From Candidatus Omnitrophota bacterium (GTDB taxonomy: Bacteria; Omnitrophota; Omnitrophia; Omnitrophales; Aquincolibacteriaceae), in assembly GCA_022709525.1 (NCBI GenBank), contig JAKLIQ010000002.1:128984-192983 (forward strand): a stretch of DNA of 64,000 bases, read 5' to 3'. A model generated the notes under the pieces. The model was not told the DNA's origin and made no database searches. It saw only the letters and a program-made list of their open reading frames with translations. A program made the position numbers and the translations under genes. Positions within the stretch are counted from its first letter, which is position 1. Each line of letters begins with the position of its first letter. Of the stretch, positions 10,528 to 19,111 are shown piece after piece.

Positions 10528-11827
10528 AACGGAGCGCCTCCACAGGGTTCAGGTTCGCCGCGCGATGCGCCGGATAAAAGCCGGCGATGACGGCGACAAT
10601 CATCGCAAAGCCGACGATTAGGGCCGCATCCGGCAAATGCACTTCGGCGGGGATCTTATCGAAAAGATAAATATCGCTCGGGAACACCTCAAGCCCCGTT
10701 GTTTTCTTAAGAAAATCCGCTACCGGGTTCAAATTGTAGGCGAGGGAAAGCCCCAACACCGCGCCAAGGATCACGCCGACCGAGCCGATGCTGAACCCTT
10801 CGATGATGAAGATCTTTCCGACATTGGCGCGTGTTGCGCCAAGCGCCCGCAGAATACCGATATCTTTGGTCTTTTCCATTACGACCATGGTCAAAGTGGA
10901 AATGATATTGAAAGCCGCGACGAGGATGATCAATGCCAGCAGGATCGTCATGACGCTCTTTTCAACCTTAAGCGCCTGAAAGAAATTCTGGTTCATGTCA
11001 TACCAGGAACGGAAATAGTAGACGCTGGAAAAGTCGCCCGCGATCACCCATTTCCACTTTTCGGCTTCGTCCACATTCCTGAAGCGCATGCTGATCCCCG
11101 AAACTTTTGAGCCCATTTGATAGACCCGCTGCGCCTGCTCGACCGTAATGAGGGCAAGCGAGGTGTCGAAATCATTCATCCCAACATTGTAAATACCGCG
11201 CACAAGAAATGGCCAGCTTCTGACATGCATTGGAAGAGGCACAAGAGGATTTTCCGGCTCGGGGATCGGCGTGATCATGTAGATCACATCCCCTACTTGA
11301 GCGCCGAGCGCGGCTGCTAAATTCTCGCCGATAAAAATACTACCCTGGCGCGTTTCGACCTTGTGCTTGAAGAACCAAAGGAACCTTTTGCGCTCCGTCT
11401 GGACGGAATCCTTGAAATTCAAGGACCCGGACACCATATTGTTCTCAAAAGCACTCAGGTCCTCGCTTTCGGGATCGATGCCTTTGACAATGACCCCGGT
11501 GGCGTTCTTGGTGCTTCGGAGGATCGCCTGGCCTTCCACGAATTTTGCCACCGAAACAAGCCCGGGGATATTATGCCTGCGGATCGCCACGATATCGCGG
11601 TCCGCATCTTCGATCCCGTCGACTTTTTCGATCCTCAAGTGCGGTTGAACGCCCACGATCTTTGATTTGAGTTCGCGGTCGAATCCACTCATCACGGCAA
11701 GCACCACGATCAAGGCCATCACGCCGATCGCAACACCCAGGACCGAAATGAACGAGATCAATGAAATAAACCCCGTCTTCCGTCGACGCATCAAATGCCT
11801 TCCAGCGATAAAAGTTTCAAATCCCAT
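10520..11827 (-). CDS. lolC: Lipoprotein-releasing system permease LolC/LolE (FtsX/MacB-type)
   Basis: A 435-aa protein with four TM helices and a large periplasmic loop after TM1. Confidence 0.75.
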   Translation of the reverse strand: MGFETFIAGRHLMRRRKTGFISLISFISVLGVAIGVMALIVVLAVMSGFDRELKSKIVGVQPHLRIEKVDGIEDADRDIVAIRRHNIPGLVSVAKFVEGQAILRSTKNATGVIVKGIDPESEDLSAFENNMVSGSLNFKDSVQTERKRFLWFFKHKVETRQGSIFIGENLAAALGAQVGDVIYMITPIPEPENPLVPLPMHVRSWPFLVRGIYNVGMNDFDTSLALITVEQAQRVYQMGSKVSGISMRFRNVDEAEKWKWVIAGDFSSVYYFRSWYDMNQNFFQALKVEKSVMTILLALIILVAAFNIISTLTMVVMEKTKDIGILRALGATRANVGKIFIIEGFSIGSVGVILGAVLGLSLAYNLNPVADFLKKTTGLEVFPSDIYLFDKIPAEVHLPDAALIVGFAMIVAVIAGFYPAHRAANLNPVEALRYE

Positions 11828-11843
11828 AGATTCCTCTCACCTT

Positions 11844-11885
11844 CTGTACACACCGGGTGTGGCACGCCACACCCGGTGTGTACAG
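11844..11885. terminator. 42-nt near-perfect palindrome (20-bp arms) between the lysS stop and the lolC start; likely bidirectional terminator or protein-binding site
   Basis: The sequence CTGTACACACCGGGTGTGGCacGCCACACCCGGTGTGTACAG was read directly from the window. Confidence 0.5.
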
Positions 11886-11888
11886 GGT

Positions 11889-13280
11889 TTATTCGATGTT
11901 TTCGTCTGCTTTCTTTTCGGGTTTAAGCTGCGGGAATAAGATCACGTCCCGGATCGACGCCTGGTTCGTCAAAAGCATCACGAGCCGGTCGATCCCGATC
12001 CCGAGGCCGCCCGCGGGCGGCATACCGTACTCCAAGGCCATTAAAAAATCTTCGTCGATCTCTTTATGTTCCCCGATCAGTTCTTTTTGTGCCGTAAGGC
12101 GTTCGCGCTGGATCGCCGGATCATTGAGCTCCGAAAAAGCGTTCGCGATCTCCATCTTGGCGACAAAAAGCTCGAAGCGATAGACCAACTCCGGATCCTC
12201 GGCCTTGGCTTTGGCCAGAGGCGTCATCACGGTCGGATAATCGATCACAAAAGTCGGATCCCAAAGGTCTTTCTCGACCTTTTCGCCAAAGATCTCGTTT
12301 AAGATATCAATGTCTTCCATATCCTTCGTGACCTCGATATGGAATTTCTTCGCGGCTTCCCGCGCGGATATTTTTCTGAAATCGATCCCGGTGGCTTCCT
12401 GGAGCGCACCGTAAAAAGAGATCCGCCTCCACGGGGTTCTGAAATGGAGCGTTTTATCGCCCCACGCGACCTCGTCTTTGCCGTAAAGCATCACCACAAG
12501 ATGATGCACCATTTCCTCCGTGATCGCCATCATATCTTCATAATCCGCATAGGCCTGATAAAGCTCGAGCATCGTGAATTCCGGATTGTGCCTTACCGAA
12601 ATACCTTCGTTACGGAAATTACGGTTGATCTCGTAGACCTTTTCGAAACCGCCGACAAGTAGACGCTTCAGATAAAGTTCCGGCGCCACGCGAAGAAAAA
12701 GATCCGTATGGAGTGTGTGGTGATGCGTCACGAAAGGCTTCGCGCGGGCGCCGCCCGCCAGCGGCTGCATCATGGGCGTTTCGACTTCCATAAACCCTTT
12801 TTTGTCCAGAAACGCTCTTATTTCCCGGATGATCCGGCTGCGGGCCTTGAAAGTCGCCCGGACCTCATCATTTGAAATAAGATCCACATAACGATGCCGG
12901 TAGCGCGTCTCAACATCCTTCAAGCCGTGCCATTTTTCGGGAAGCGTGCGGACGATCTTGGAAAGCCGCTCGAATTTCTCGATCTTGATCGTCGGCTCGC
13001 CGGTCTTGGATTTGAAGAGTTCCCCTTCGATTCCAATGATATCGCCCAGTGAGAGGCCTTTAAAAAACTCGTAGCCCTCTTCGCCTAGAAGGTCCTTCTT
13101 GGCATAGACTTGCATGCGCCCTTCCTCATCTTTAAGATCAGCGAACGCGCTCTTCCCCATATCACGGCGCGTCATAAGACGCCCCGCGACGCGCACCTTC
13201 CGACCTTCTTGGAAACTCGCAAGAAGCTCCCCTAAAGAATCTTTGGGAAGGAACCTATGCCCGTAATCTGAAACACCCAT
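11889..13280 (-). CDS. lysS: Lysine--tRNA ligase (class II)
   Basis: An OB-fold N-terminus is followed by class II aaRS motifs FMEVETPMM and [10 protein letters not shown]. Confidence 0.9.
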   Translation of the reverse strand: MGVSDYGHRFLPKDSLGELLASFQEGRKVRVAGRLMTRRDMGKSAFADLKDEEGRMQVYAKKDLLGEEGYEFFKGLSLGDIIGIEGELFKSKTGEPTIKIEKFERLSKIVRTLPEKWHGLKDVETRYRHRYVDLISNDEVRATFKARSRIIREIRAFLDKKGFMEVETPMMQPLAGGARAKPFVTHHHTLHTDLFLRVAPELYLKRLLVGGFEKVYEINRNFRNEGISVRHNPEFTMLELYQAYADYEDMMAITEEMVHHLVVMLYGKDEVAWGDKTLHFRTPWRRISFYGALQEATGIDFRKISAREAAKKFHIEVTKDMEDIDILNEIFGEKVEKDLWDPTFVIDYPTVMTPLAKAKAEDPELVYRFELFVAKMEIANAFSELNDPAIQRERLTAQKELIGEHKEIDEDFLMALEYGMPPAGGLGIGIDRLVMLLTNQASIRDVILFPQLKPEKKADENIE

Positions 13281-13373
13281 TTAGAATGATCCTTATTCCT
13301 TGATGCTCCCCGCCGGAGGACGGATCCGTCCGAAGCCTTTTGGCGGAAATGATTTAAGACGATTGAAGCGATT

Positions 13374-13402
13374 ATTATATGTTAGTTTCAAGGCAGGGTC
13401 AA
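13374..13402 (-). promoter_or_regulatory. Sigma70-type promoter for lysS: TTGACC, 17-nt spacer, TATAAT
   Basis: The minus strand reads TTGACCctgccttgaaactaacaTATAAT. This lies about 90 nt upstream of the lysS ATG. Confidence 0.55.
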
Positions 13403-13422
13403 TCAACCTCGGGAAGGCGATT

Positions 13423-14049
13423 CTAACGGGAGGGTAATGCTTTAAGAAACGATTGAATTTTCCGCCGGATCAGACGGAATTTCCGATGTTCGATCCATTC
13501 CCTTCGAAAGATGCTTGAACCGACCGCGATGGCGCCGGCGCCGTTTTGAAAATAAGTTTTTGTATTCTGAGGTGTCACTCCCCCGCAGGCGAGCAGTTCG
13601 ATCTCCGGAAAAGGGCCTTTTAGTTCTTTAAAATATTCCGGCCCAAAGCAGCTTGCCGGAAAGACTTTGACCATCGTAGCGCCGGCCTGCCACGCTTCGT
13701 AGATATCCGACGGAATGAGCGCCCCCGGAAAAACGGGGATCTTTTGTTTGACACAATATTGGACAACAGGCCTGATCAGAACAGGGCTGACAATGAAGGT
13801 TGCGCCGGCCTGAAGAGCTTCCTGAAGATCTTTCATGCTCAGGACCGTTCCGGCGCCGATCATGAGTTTTTTACCGTACCGGCTGGCGGCGTTCCTGATA
13901 AGCTTGGCCGCGCCTGCGGTATTCATCGTGATCTCAACGGCTTCAAGCCCGCCGGATATGATCGTATCGAAAAGGGGGTCCAGCGATTTTTGGGAAATGC
14001 CCCGCAAAATACCGAGGACCGGTTTTTTCCGGAACCGCTTAAGATCCAT
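13423..14049 (-). CDS. eda: KDPG / 4-hydroxy-2-oxoglutarate aldolase (Eda family)
   Basis: A 208-aa class I aldolase TIM barrel with motifs GAGTVL and VKVFPA. Confidence 0.75.
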   Translation of the reverse strand: MDLKRFRKKPVLGILRGISQKSLDPLFDTIISGGLEAVEITMNTAGAAKLIRNAASRYGKKLMIGAGTVLSMKDLQEALQAGATFIVSPVLIRPVVQYCVKQKIPVFPGALIPSDIYEAWQAGATMVKVFPASCFGPEYFKELKGPFPEIELLACGGVTPQNTKTYFQNGAGAIAVGSSIFRREWIEHRKFRLIRRKIQSFLKALPSR

Positions 14050-14051
14050 GC

Positions 14052-15005
14052 TTATTCCACTTCGGAACTTCCCGCGAAACTGTCGTAGAATTCGCGGTAT
14101 TTATCCTTGCGGTCGCTGTTGCGGAGTTCAAGCGCGGATTTAGGATGTTCGTCGAGAATGCCCGTGATGGCATAAGGGATCACATAGCCCCACTCGACTT
14201 CTTTCTGCAGAGGGATCATTTCTTTAGAAATAATGTCGAGAATAGGCCGGATATCGAATTTCGGGTTCTTTAAAAAACCAAGGAGCAGTTCGGTCGGGCA
14301 GTTCCCCGCCGCGCGCCCCATTCCGAAGATCGTGCTATCCAGATAATTCGCTCCATGGATGATCGCCTCGATCGTGTTCCCGAAACCTAATTGCTGGTTG
14401 TTGTGGGCATGGATGCCGATCTCTTTGGTCTTGATGATGCTTTTGGCTTTTTTGATCAGATATTCCACGGTCTCCTGATAAAGAGCGCCATTGCTGTCGA
14501 CGATATAGACGACATTGCAGCGGCATTCTTTTTCAAGTTGGGCGAAACATTCGTTGAGTTCCACCTCGAGGACCTTGGAGATGGCCATGAGGTTGACGGC
14601 TGTTTCATAGCCTTTGTCCGCGAAATGGTTCGCAAGACGGATCGCCTTATCCACGTCCTTCACATAGCAGGCCGTCCGGATCATATCGACCGGGCTGTCT
14701 TTTTTGGGCTTGATATCGTCAAGGTCGACCCGGTCCACGTCCACCATGACTGAGATCTTGGTCTTCGATTCGATCCCCTCGGTCACGCGGCGAATAGTGT
14801 CGTCTTCGCAGAATTTCCAGGCCCCGTATTTCTTGGCATCAAAGAGCTTTTGAGAATTCTTATACCCGATTTCCATATAGTCGATGCCGGCCTGCGAGAT
14901 GGCCCTGAAAATTTCCCGGACGAACCGGTCATCGAAACCATGATTATTCATGAGGCCGCCGTCGCGGATCGTGCAATCCAAAACCTTGATCTGTTCCCGG
15001 TACAT
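14052..15005 (-). CDS. HMGL-like (DRE-TIM metallolyase) aldolase, 4-hydroxy-2-oxovalerate aldolase-like
   Basis: The N-terminus reads VLDCTIRDGG. The core segment IVDSNGALYQ...IGIHAHNNQQLGFGNTIEA...GMGRAAGNCPTE resembles HMGL-family enzymes. Confidence 0.55.
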   Translation of the reverse strand: MYREQIKVLDCTIRDGGLMNNHGFDDRFVREIFRAISQAGIDYMEIGYKNSQKLFDAKKYGAWKFCEDDTIRRVTEGIESKTKISVMVDVDRVDLDDIKPKKDSPVDMIRTACYVKDVDKAIRLANHFADKGYETAVNLMAISKVLEVELNECFAQLEKECRCNVVYIVDSNGALYQETVEYLIKKAKSIIKTKEIGIHAHNNQQLGFGNTIEAIIHGANYLDSTIFGMGRAAGNCPTELLLGFLKNPKFDIRPILDIISKEMIPLQKEVEWGYVIPYAITGILDEHPKSALELRNSDRKDKYREFYDSFAGSSEVE

Positions 15006-15128
15006 AGTCTGCTCCTTTGACTTTCAGTAGATTAGAAAGTGCATTCTAGTCGGATTTTCCGTTTCTCAAAGTAGATTATTCGGCGGCTCCATCGAGCGCT
15101 CCAACGCCCTCCGGAGGGGCAATTTGGC

Positions 15129-15156
15129 TTGACCGCCCTCCTCCATTTGTTATGAT
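15129..15156 (+). promoter_or_regulatory. Sigma70-like promoter: TTGACC, 16-nt spacer, TATGAT, ending 9 nt before the GT2 ATG (leaderless-type)
   Basis: Read directly as ttgaccgccctcctccatttgttatgat, followed by gccggtcgtATG. Confidence 0.4.
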
Positions 15157-15165
15157 GCCGGTCGT

Positions 15166-16311
15166 ATGCAGATCTTGGCAACAGCGATCACGGGTTTACT
15201 TTTTTTCCTTCTGGCGGGATGGATCTACCGCAGCGGACGGGCGCTCTCCGAACTCAAACAGGCCCCCGCGTTAAAATTGAAATTGCCGGTATCCCGCACC
15301 GGAAGAGTTTCTGTCCTGATCCCGGCGAAAAATGAAGAAAAAAATATCGCGGATTGCGTCCGGCCTTTTCTCTCCCAGCTGCACGAGGGCGATGAGATCC
15401 TCGTGATCAATAACTACTCGGAAGACAGGACGGAAACGATCCTCCGGGAACTTGGCGCCGATGAGATCCTGCCCGACGGTTCCGGACGGAATTTAAAATT
15501 CCGCTACCTTAACACCCCCCAAACCCCTGAAGGATGGACCGGCAAGAATTTTGCGCTCCATCTCGGAACCCAGTGCGCCTCGGGCGACTGGTTTTTTTTC
15601 ACCGACGCCGACACCCGCCATGAACCCGGAAGCGTTGATACCGCTCTCGCGTTCGCGGAAGCCCGTCAGCTCGATCTTTTGACGCTCTTGCCGCGCTGCA
15701 TCACGGGAAGTTTCTGGGAAGATGTGATCCAACCTTGCGCGATGGGCTATATGGGGCTCTGGTTCCCGATCCGCAAGGTCAATGACCCCGCATCCAAAGC
15801 GTATTTCGGGAACGGACAATACCTGCTCATCCGCGCGGACCATTACCGAAAGATCGGCGGGCATGCCGCGGTCAAGGACGCTTTTCTTGAAGATTTTGCG
15901 CTCATGAAAAAAACGAAGGAGACCGGGGCGTGGGGCATGTGCGCATTCGGCATGGAGATCTACGGCACACGCATGTACGATTCTTTTGATGCCCTTTGGC
16001 GCGGCTGGCGCCGCATCTTTCTGCATGCGTTCGAGCAAAAACCGTGGCCCATCCTGCGACGCGCGCTAAGCGTTTTTTTGTTTTCGCTTTTTCCCGCGTT
16101 AGCCCTGCTCACCCTGCCGCACGGCCTTTCGCTTTCGCTTTGCCTTTTGATCCTTGCGATCGTTTTCGCAACAGCCGCCAAAACGCACGCGATCGTCAAA
16201 GCCAAGAAACGCTACGCGCTCCTTCACCCACTGGCGGCGCTCGTCTTCACGGGGATCCTTCTCGACGCTTTCCGCATGGCCATTCTCAAGCACCCGACCC
16301 GCTGGCGTTAA
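15166..16311 (+). CDS. Family 2 glycosyltransferase (membrane-anchored, GT-A fold)
   Basis: An N-terminal TM helix is followed by motifs VLIPAKNEE and DADT and a C-terminal polytopic region. The gene converges on the lipid operon. Confidence 0.7.
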   Translation: MQILATAITGLLFFLLAGWIYRSGRALSELKQAPALKLKLPVSRTGRVSVLIPAKNEEKNIADCVRPFLSQLHEGDEILVINNYSEDRTETILRELGADEILPDGSGRNLKFRYLNTPQTPEGWTGKNFALHLGTQCASGDWFFFTDADTRHEPGSVDTALAFAEARQLDLLTLLPRCITGSFWEDVIQPCAMGYMGLWFPIRKVNDPASKAYFGNGQYLLIRADHYRKIGGHAAVKDAFLEDFALMKKTKETGAWGMCAFGMEIYGTRMYDSFDALWRGWRRIFLHAFEQKPWPILRRALSVFLFSLFPALALLTLPHGLSLSLCLLILAIVFATAAKTHAIVKAKKRYALLHPLAALVFTGILLDAFRMAILKHPTRWR

Positions 16312-16370
16312 AAAAAGCGTTACCCCGGATCCGGCCCAAGGTAACGCTTTTCCTGAAGAAAAATTTCTTG

Positions 16371-16697
16371 TTAGTTTTTTTTCTGCTTTTTGGAAGTCTG
16401 AGAAGAGGGCTTGGTGCTTTTTTTATCCGAAGATTTCTTTTTGGATGTCTTCGTGGTCTTTTTGGACTTTTCTTTTTTCTTCTTCCCTTTTTCTTTCTGA
16501 TCGGCTGTGACCGCTTCCGCGGTGCTGGCGACATTACTGGCCTGCCCCGTGTTCCCCGGAGCGCTTTCATTCGACGCGGCAGACTCCGGCTCCACCGGCA
16601 GCATTGGATCAAGCTCCTGAGCGATATTGGCGCGAACGCCGGGAACGCCTAAAACCAAGAAGGTCAAGAGGGTAAAAAAAACTGTCATTTTTTTCAC
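16371..16697 (-). CDS. Secreted low-complexity Lys/Ser/Thr-rich protein (hypothetical)
   Basis: A signal peptide reads MKKMTVFFTLLTFLVLGVPGVRA. The rest of the protein is a K/S/T-rich tail. Confidence 0.4.
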   Translation of the reverse strand: MKKMTVFFTLLTFLVLGVPGVRANIAQELDPMLPVEPESAASNESAPGNTGQASNVASTAEAVTADQKEKGKKKKEKSKKTTKTSKKKSSDKKSTKPSSQTSKKQKKN

Positions 16698-16725
16698 GAA
16701 AATATCTCCTTAAAATAAAATTTGA

Positions 16726-17823
16726 TCAGATCGCCAGGTAACCGACTTTTACGGCATAACGGACAAGGGTCTTGAGGAACGCATCATCCGTTTTCGGCAT
16801 GGAGATCCCGGTCCCGCGCAGGATCTCGCGGGTGTTCGTCGTGTCAAAAGTCAGCTGTCCGTTCAAATAACCCAGATAGGGCTCCATCATCGAAAAAACC
16901 ATCTGCTCCTGCGGGTTCATTTTACTCTTGGAAAAATGTTTGGGATCGATGACCTCGATCGGAGGAACGGCCGAATAATCTTCTTTTCCCATTTTCAGGA
17001 GCATCCCGATCGAAGGCGGTTTTGGCGCCACAACGTGGAAGGCTTTGTTGACGCTCCGAGGGTCTTTTACGATCGCACAAGTGGCCTTGATCACGAAATC
17101 GATGGGAACGATGTTGAAGGTGTTCTCGGGATGGGTCGGGATCTTCGAGAGAACCCCGTGCGCGAAGAGTTTGATAAAAGGGTAGATGACATTGAATTCC
17201 GAGACCTCGCCGGTCTCGGAATGGCCGACCACGATGCTGGGCCGGATGATCGTGACCGGAAGACCTTTCGCCATCGCTTCGCGCACTTTGGTCTCGGCCT
17301 TATACTTACTTGACTCGTAATAATTCGCGAAAACAGGTTTGGCAGGCAGCTCATCTTCCTTGGAGCAATGATCCCAGACGCTACCGGCTACGAAGGCCGT
17401 GCTGAAATAAATAAAACGCTCGAGCTTTCCCTTCTTTTTGAGGTCCCAGGCGAGTTCCAGCGCGTGCTCGGTACCGCCCACATTGATCTGCTGGCACTCT
17501 TTTTCCGTCCCGTTCAAGGCAGTCAACGCGGCGATGTGATAAAAAGTCTTGCATTCGTGCTCGAGGTATTCTAGATCAGCTTTCTTGATACCGAATTTAT
17601 GATGCGTGACATCGCCTTCGATCACATGAATGCGGGATCCAAGATGAGAATCAAGACCGATCGAGGTGAGGATCTTTTCGACGCGCTCCTTGTGGGTCAT
17701 CCGGTTCTTGGCGCGCGCCAGAACAGCGATCTCGACGTCAGTGGTCTTGAGGAGTTCCTTGACGAGCTCCTGCCCTAAGACGCCGGTCGCGCCGGTCATA
17801 AAGATCAAATTACGTGCCATCAT
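16726..17823 (-). CDS. Thioester reductase / fatty acyl reductase-type SDR (NAD_binding_4, male-sterility family)
   Basis: The nucleotide-binding motif FMTGATGVLG and catalytic motif YYESSKYKAE (YxxxK) are present. The gene overlaps the KS gene by 14 nt. Confidence 0.75.
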   Translation of the reverse strand: MMARNLIFMTGATGVLGQELVKELLKTTDVEIAVLARAKNRMTHKERVEKILTSIGLDSHLGSRIHVIEGDVTHHKFGIKKADLEYLEHECKTFYHIAALTALNGTEKECQQINVGGTEHALELAWDLKKKGKLERFIYFSTAFVAGSVWDHCSKEDELPAKPVFANYYESSKYKAETKVREAMAKGLPVTIIRPSIVVGHSETGEVSEFNVIYPFIKLFAHGVLSKIPTHPENTFNIVPIDFVIKATCAIVKDPRSVNKAFHVVAPKPPSIGMLLKMGKEDYSAVPPIEVIDPKHFSKSKMNPQEQMVFSMMEPYLGYLNGQLTFDTTNTREILRGTGISMPKTDDAFLKTLVRYAVKVGYLAI

Positions 17824-19111
17824 ATCTCCTTAAAGCCAAACAAATATTCTGCCCGCCGAAGCCGAAGGAATTTGACAATGCTATCTGAACATTGGACCGT
17901 CTTGCCGTGTTCGGCACATAGTCCAGATCGCATTCGGGATCCGGTTCCTCATAATTGATCGTCGGCGGGATGATCGAATCGCGCATCGACAGAAAACAAA
18001 TGATCGCTTCCACAACGCCGGCGGCGGCGATCATGTGCCCGAGCATGGATTTCGTCGAACTGACGGGCACCTTGCGGGCATATTCCCCCATGACTTTTTT
18101 GATCGCGAGGGTCTCCAGGGAATCGTTCACCGCCGTGGAAGTTCCGTGAGCATTGATATAATCAATATTTTGCGGGCCGATGCAAGCTTTTTCCATCGCG
18201 ATCTCGATCGCGCGGGCCGCTCCCCGGACCTCTGGGTCCATATCCGTAAGCCGGTAGGCATCGGCGGTCGAGCCGTAACCGACGATCTCGCCGTGGATCG
18301 CGGCATGGCGTTTTCGCGCATGCTCCAGTTCTTCCAGGATCAAAGCTCCGGCGCCTTCGGAGATCACGAAACCGTCCCTTTTTTTATCGAATGGCCGCGA
18401 AGCCTTCTCGGGTTCATGGTTCCTCGTCGAGATCGCGGTCAAAAGACTGAATCCCGCAACCCCCATCGGATAGATCATGGAATGAGAACCACCGGTCATG
18501 ACAATATCCGCGTCCCCGCGGCGGATCCACTCGAAGGCCTCCCCGATCGCTTGAGAAGACGCGGCACAGGCGGTAAGGCAATTGGAAACGGGGCCCCGGA
18601 TATCAAAAAGCCGCGTCAGATGGGTCACGGTCATGAAGGGCTGGCTTTCCAATTCCCGGAGCGCGCTCATGTTCCGGAGCGCGCCCTCCACATACCGGGC
18701 CTTATCCACGATCTCGGTGGCGCCTTCGGTAAAAGAGGGTACCAGGGTCTTGATGAACGGATCAAAATCGATCCCGCTGTCACCCGCCCCAAAATAGATC
18801 CCGAAGCGGTTCGGATTGAGCGAGAGGGGCTCGAGCATGGCGTTCTTATACGCTTCGGCCGCGGCCTGCAGCGCGAAAAAAGTACTGCGGCCGGCGCAGC
18901 CAAGCGGCGGATTCCGCTCAAGCCATTTTTCGAATGAGAATCCTTTGACTTCGCCCGCAATGCGCGTCGGAAAACGGCTCGCGTCAAAAAGCGTGATGGG
19001 GCCGATCCCCGACTTGCCTTGCGTCAAGCGGAGCCAGGTATCCCGCACGGAATTCCCGAGAGGCGTCACAGCGCCCATACCGGTCACAACCACTCTGCGT
19101 TCTTTTAACAT
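17810..19111 (-). CDS. Beta-ketoacyl-ACP synthase (KS-alpha, FabF/type II PKS-like, catalytically intact)
   Basis: The catalytic cysteine motif TACAASSQAIGE and the histidine motifs NAHGTSTAVND and SMLGHMIAAAG are all present. Confidence 0.9.
   Translation of the reverse strand: MLKERRVVVTGMGAVTPLGNSVRDTWLRLTQGKSGIGPITLFDASRFPTRIAGEVKGFSFEKWLERNPPLGCAGRSTFFALQAAAEAYKNAMLEPLSLNPNRFGIYFGAGDSGIDFDPFIKTLVPSFTEGATEIVDKARYVEGALRNMSALRELESQPFMTVTHLTRLFDIRGPVSNCLTACAASSQAIGEAFEWIRRGDADIVMTGGSHSMIYPMGVAGFSLLTAISTRNHEPEKASRPFDKKRDGFVISEGAGALILEELEHARKRHAAIHGEIVGYGSTADAYRLTDMDPEVRGAARAIEIAMEKACIGPQNIDYINAHGTSTAVNDSLETLAIKKVMGEYARKVPVSSTKSMLGHMIAAAGVVEAIICFLSMRDSIIPPTINYEEPDPECDLDYVPNTARRSNVQIALSNSFGFGGQNICLALRRYDGT

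Noticed and set aside
15996-16652. Plus-strand ORFs overlapping the GT2 3' end and the Lys-rich secreted protein
   Set aside because: They are low-complexity Arg/Phe-rich frames. The minus-strand ORF with a signal peptide is the better model.
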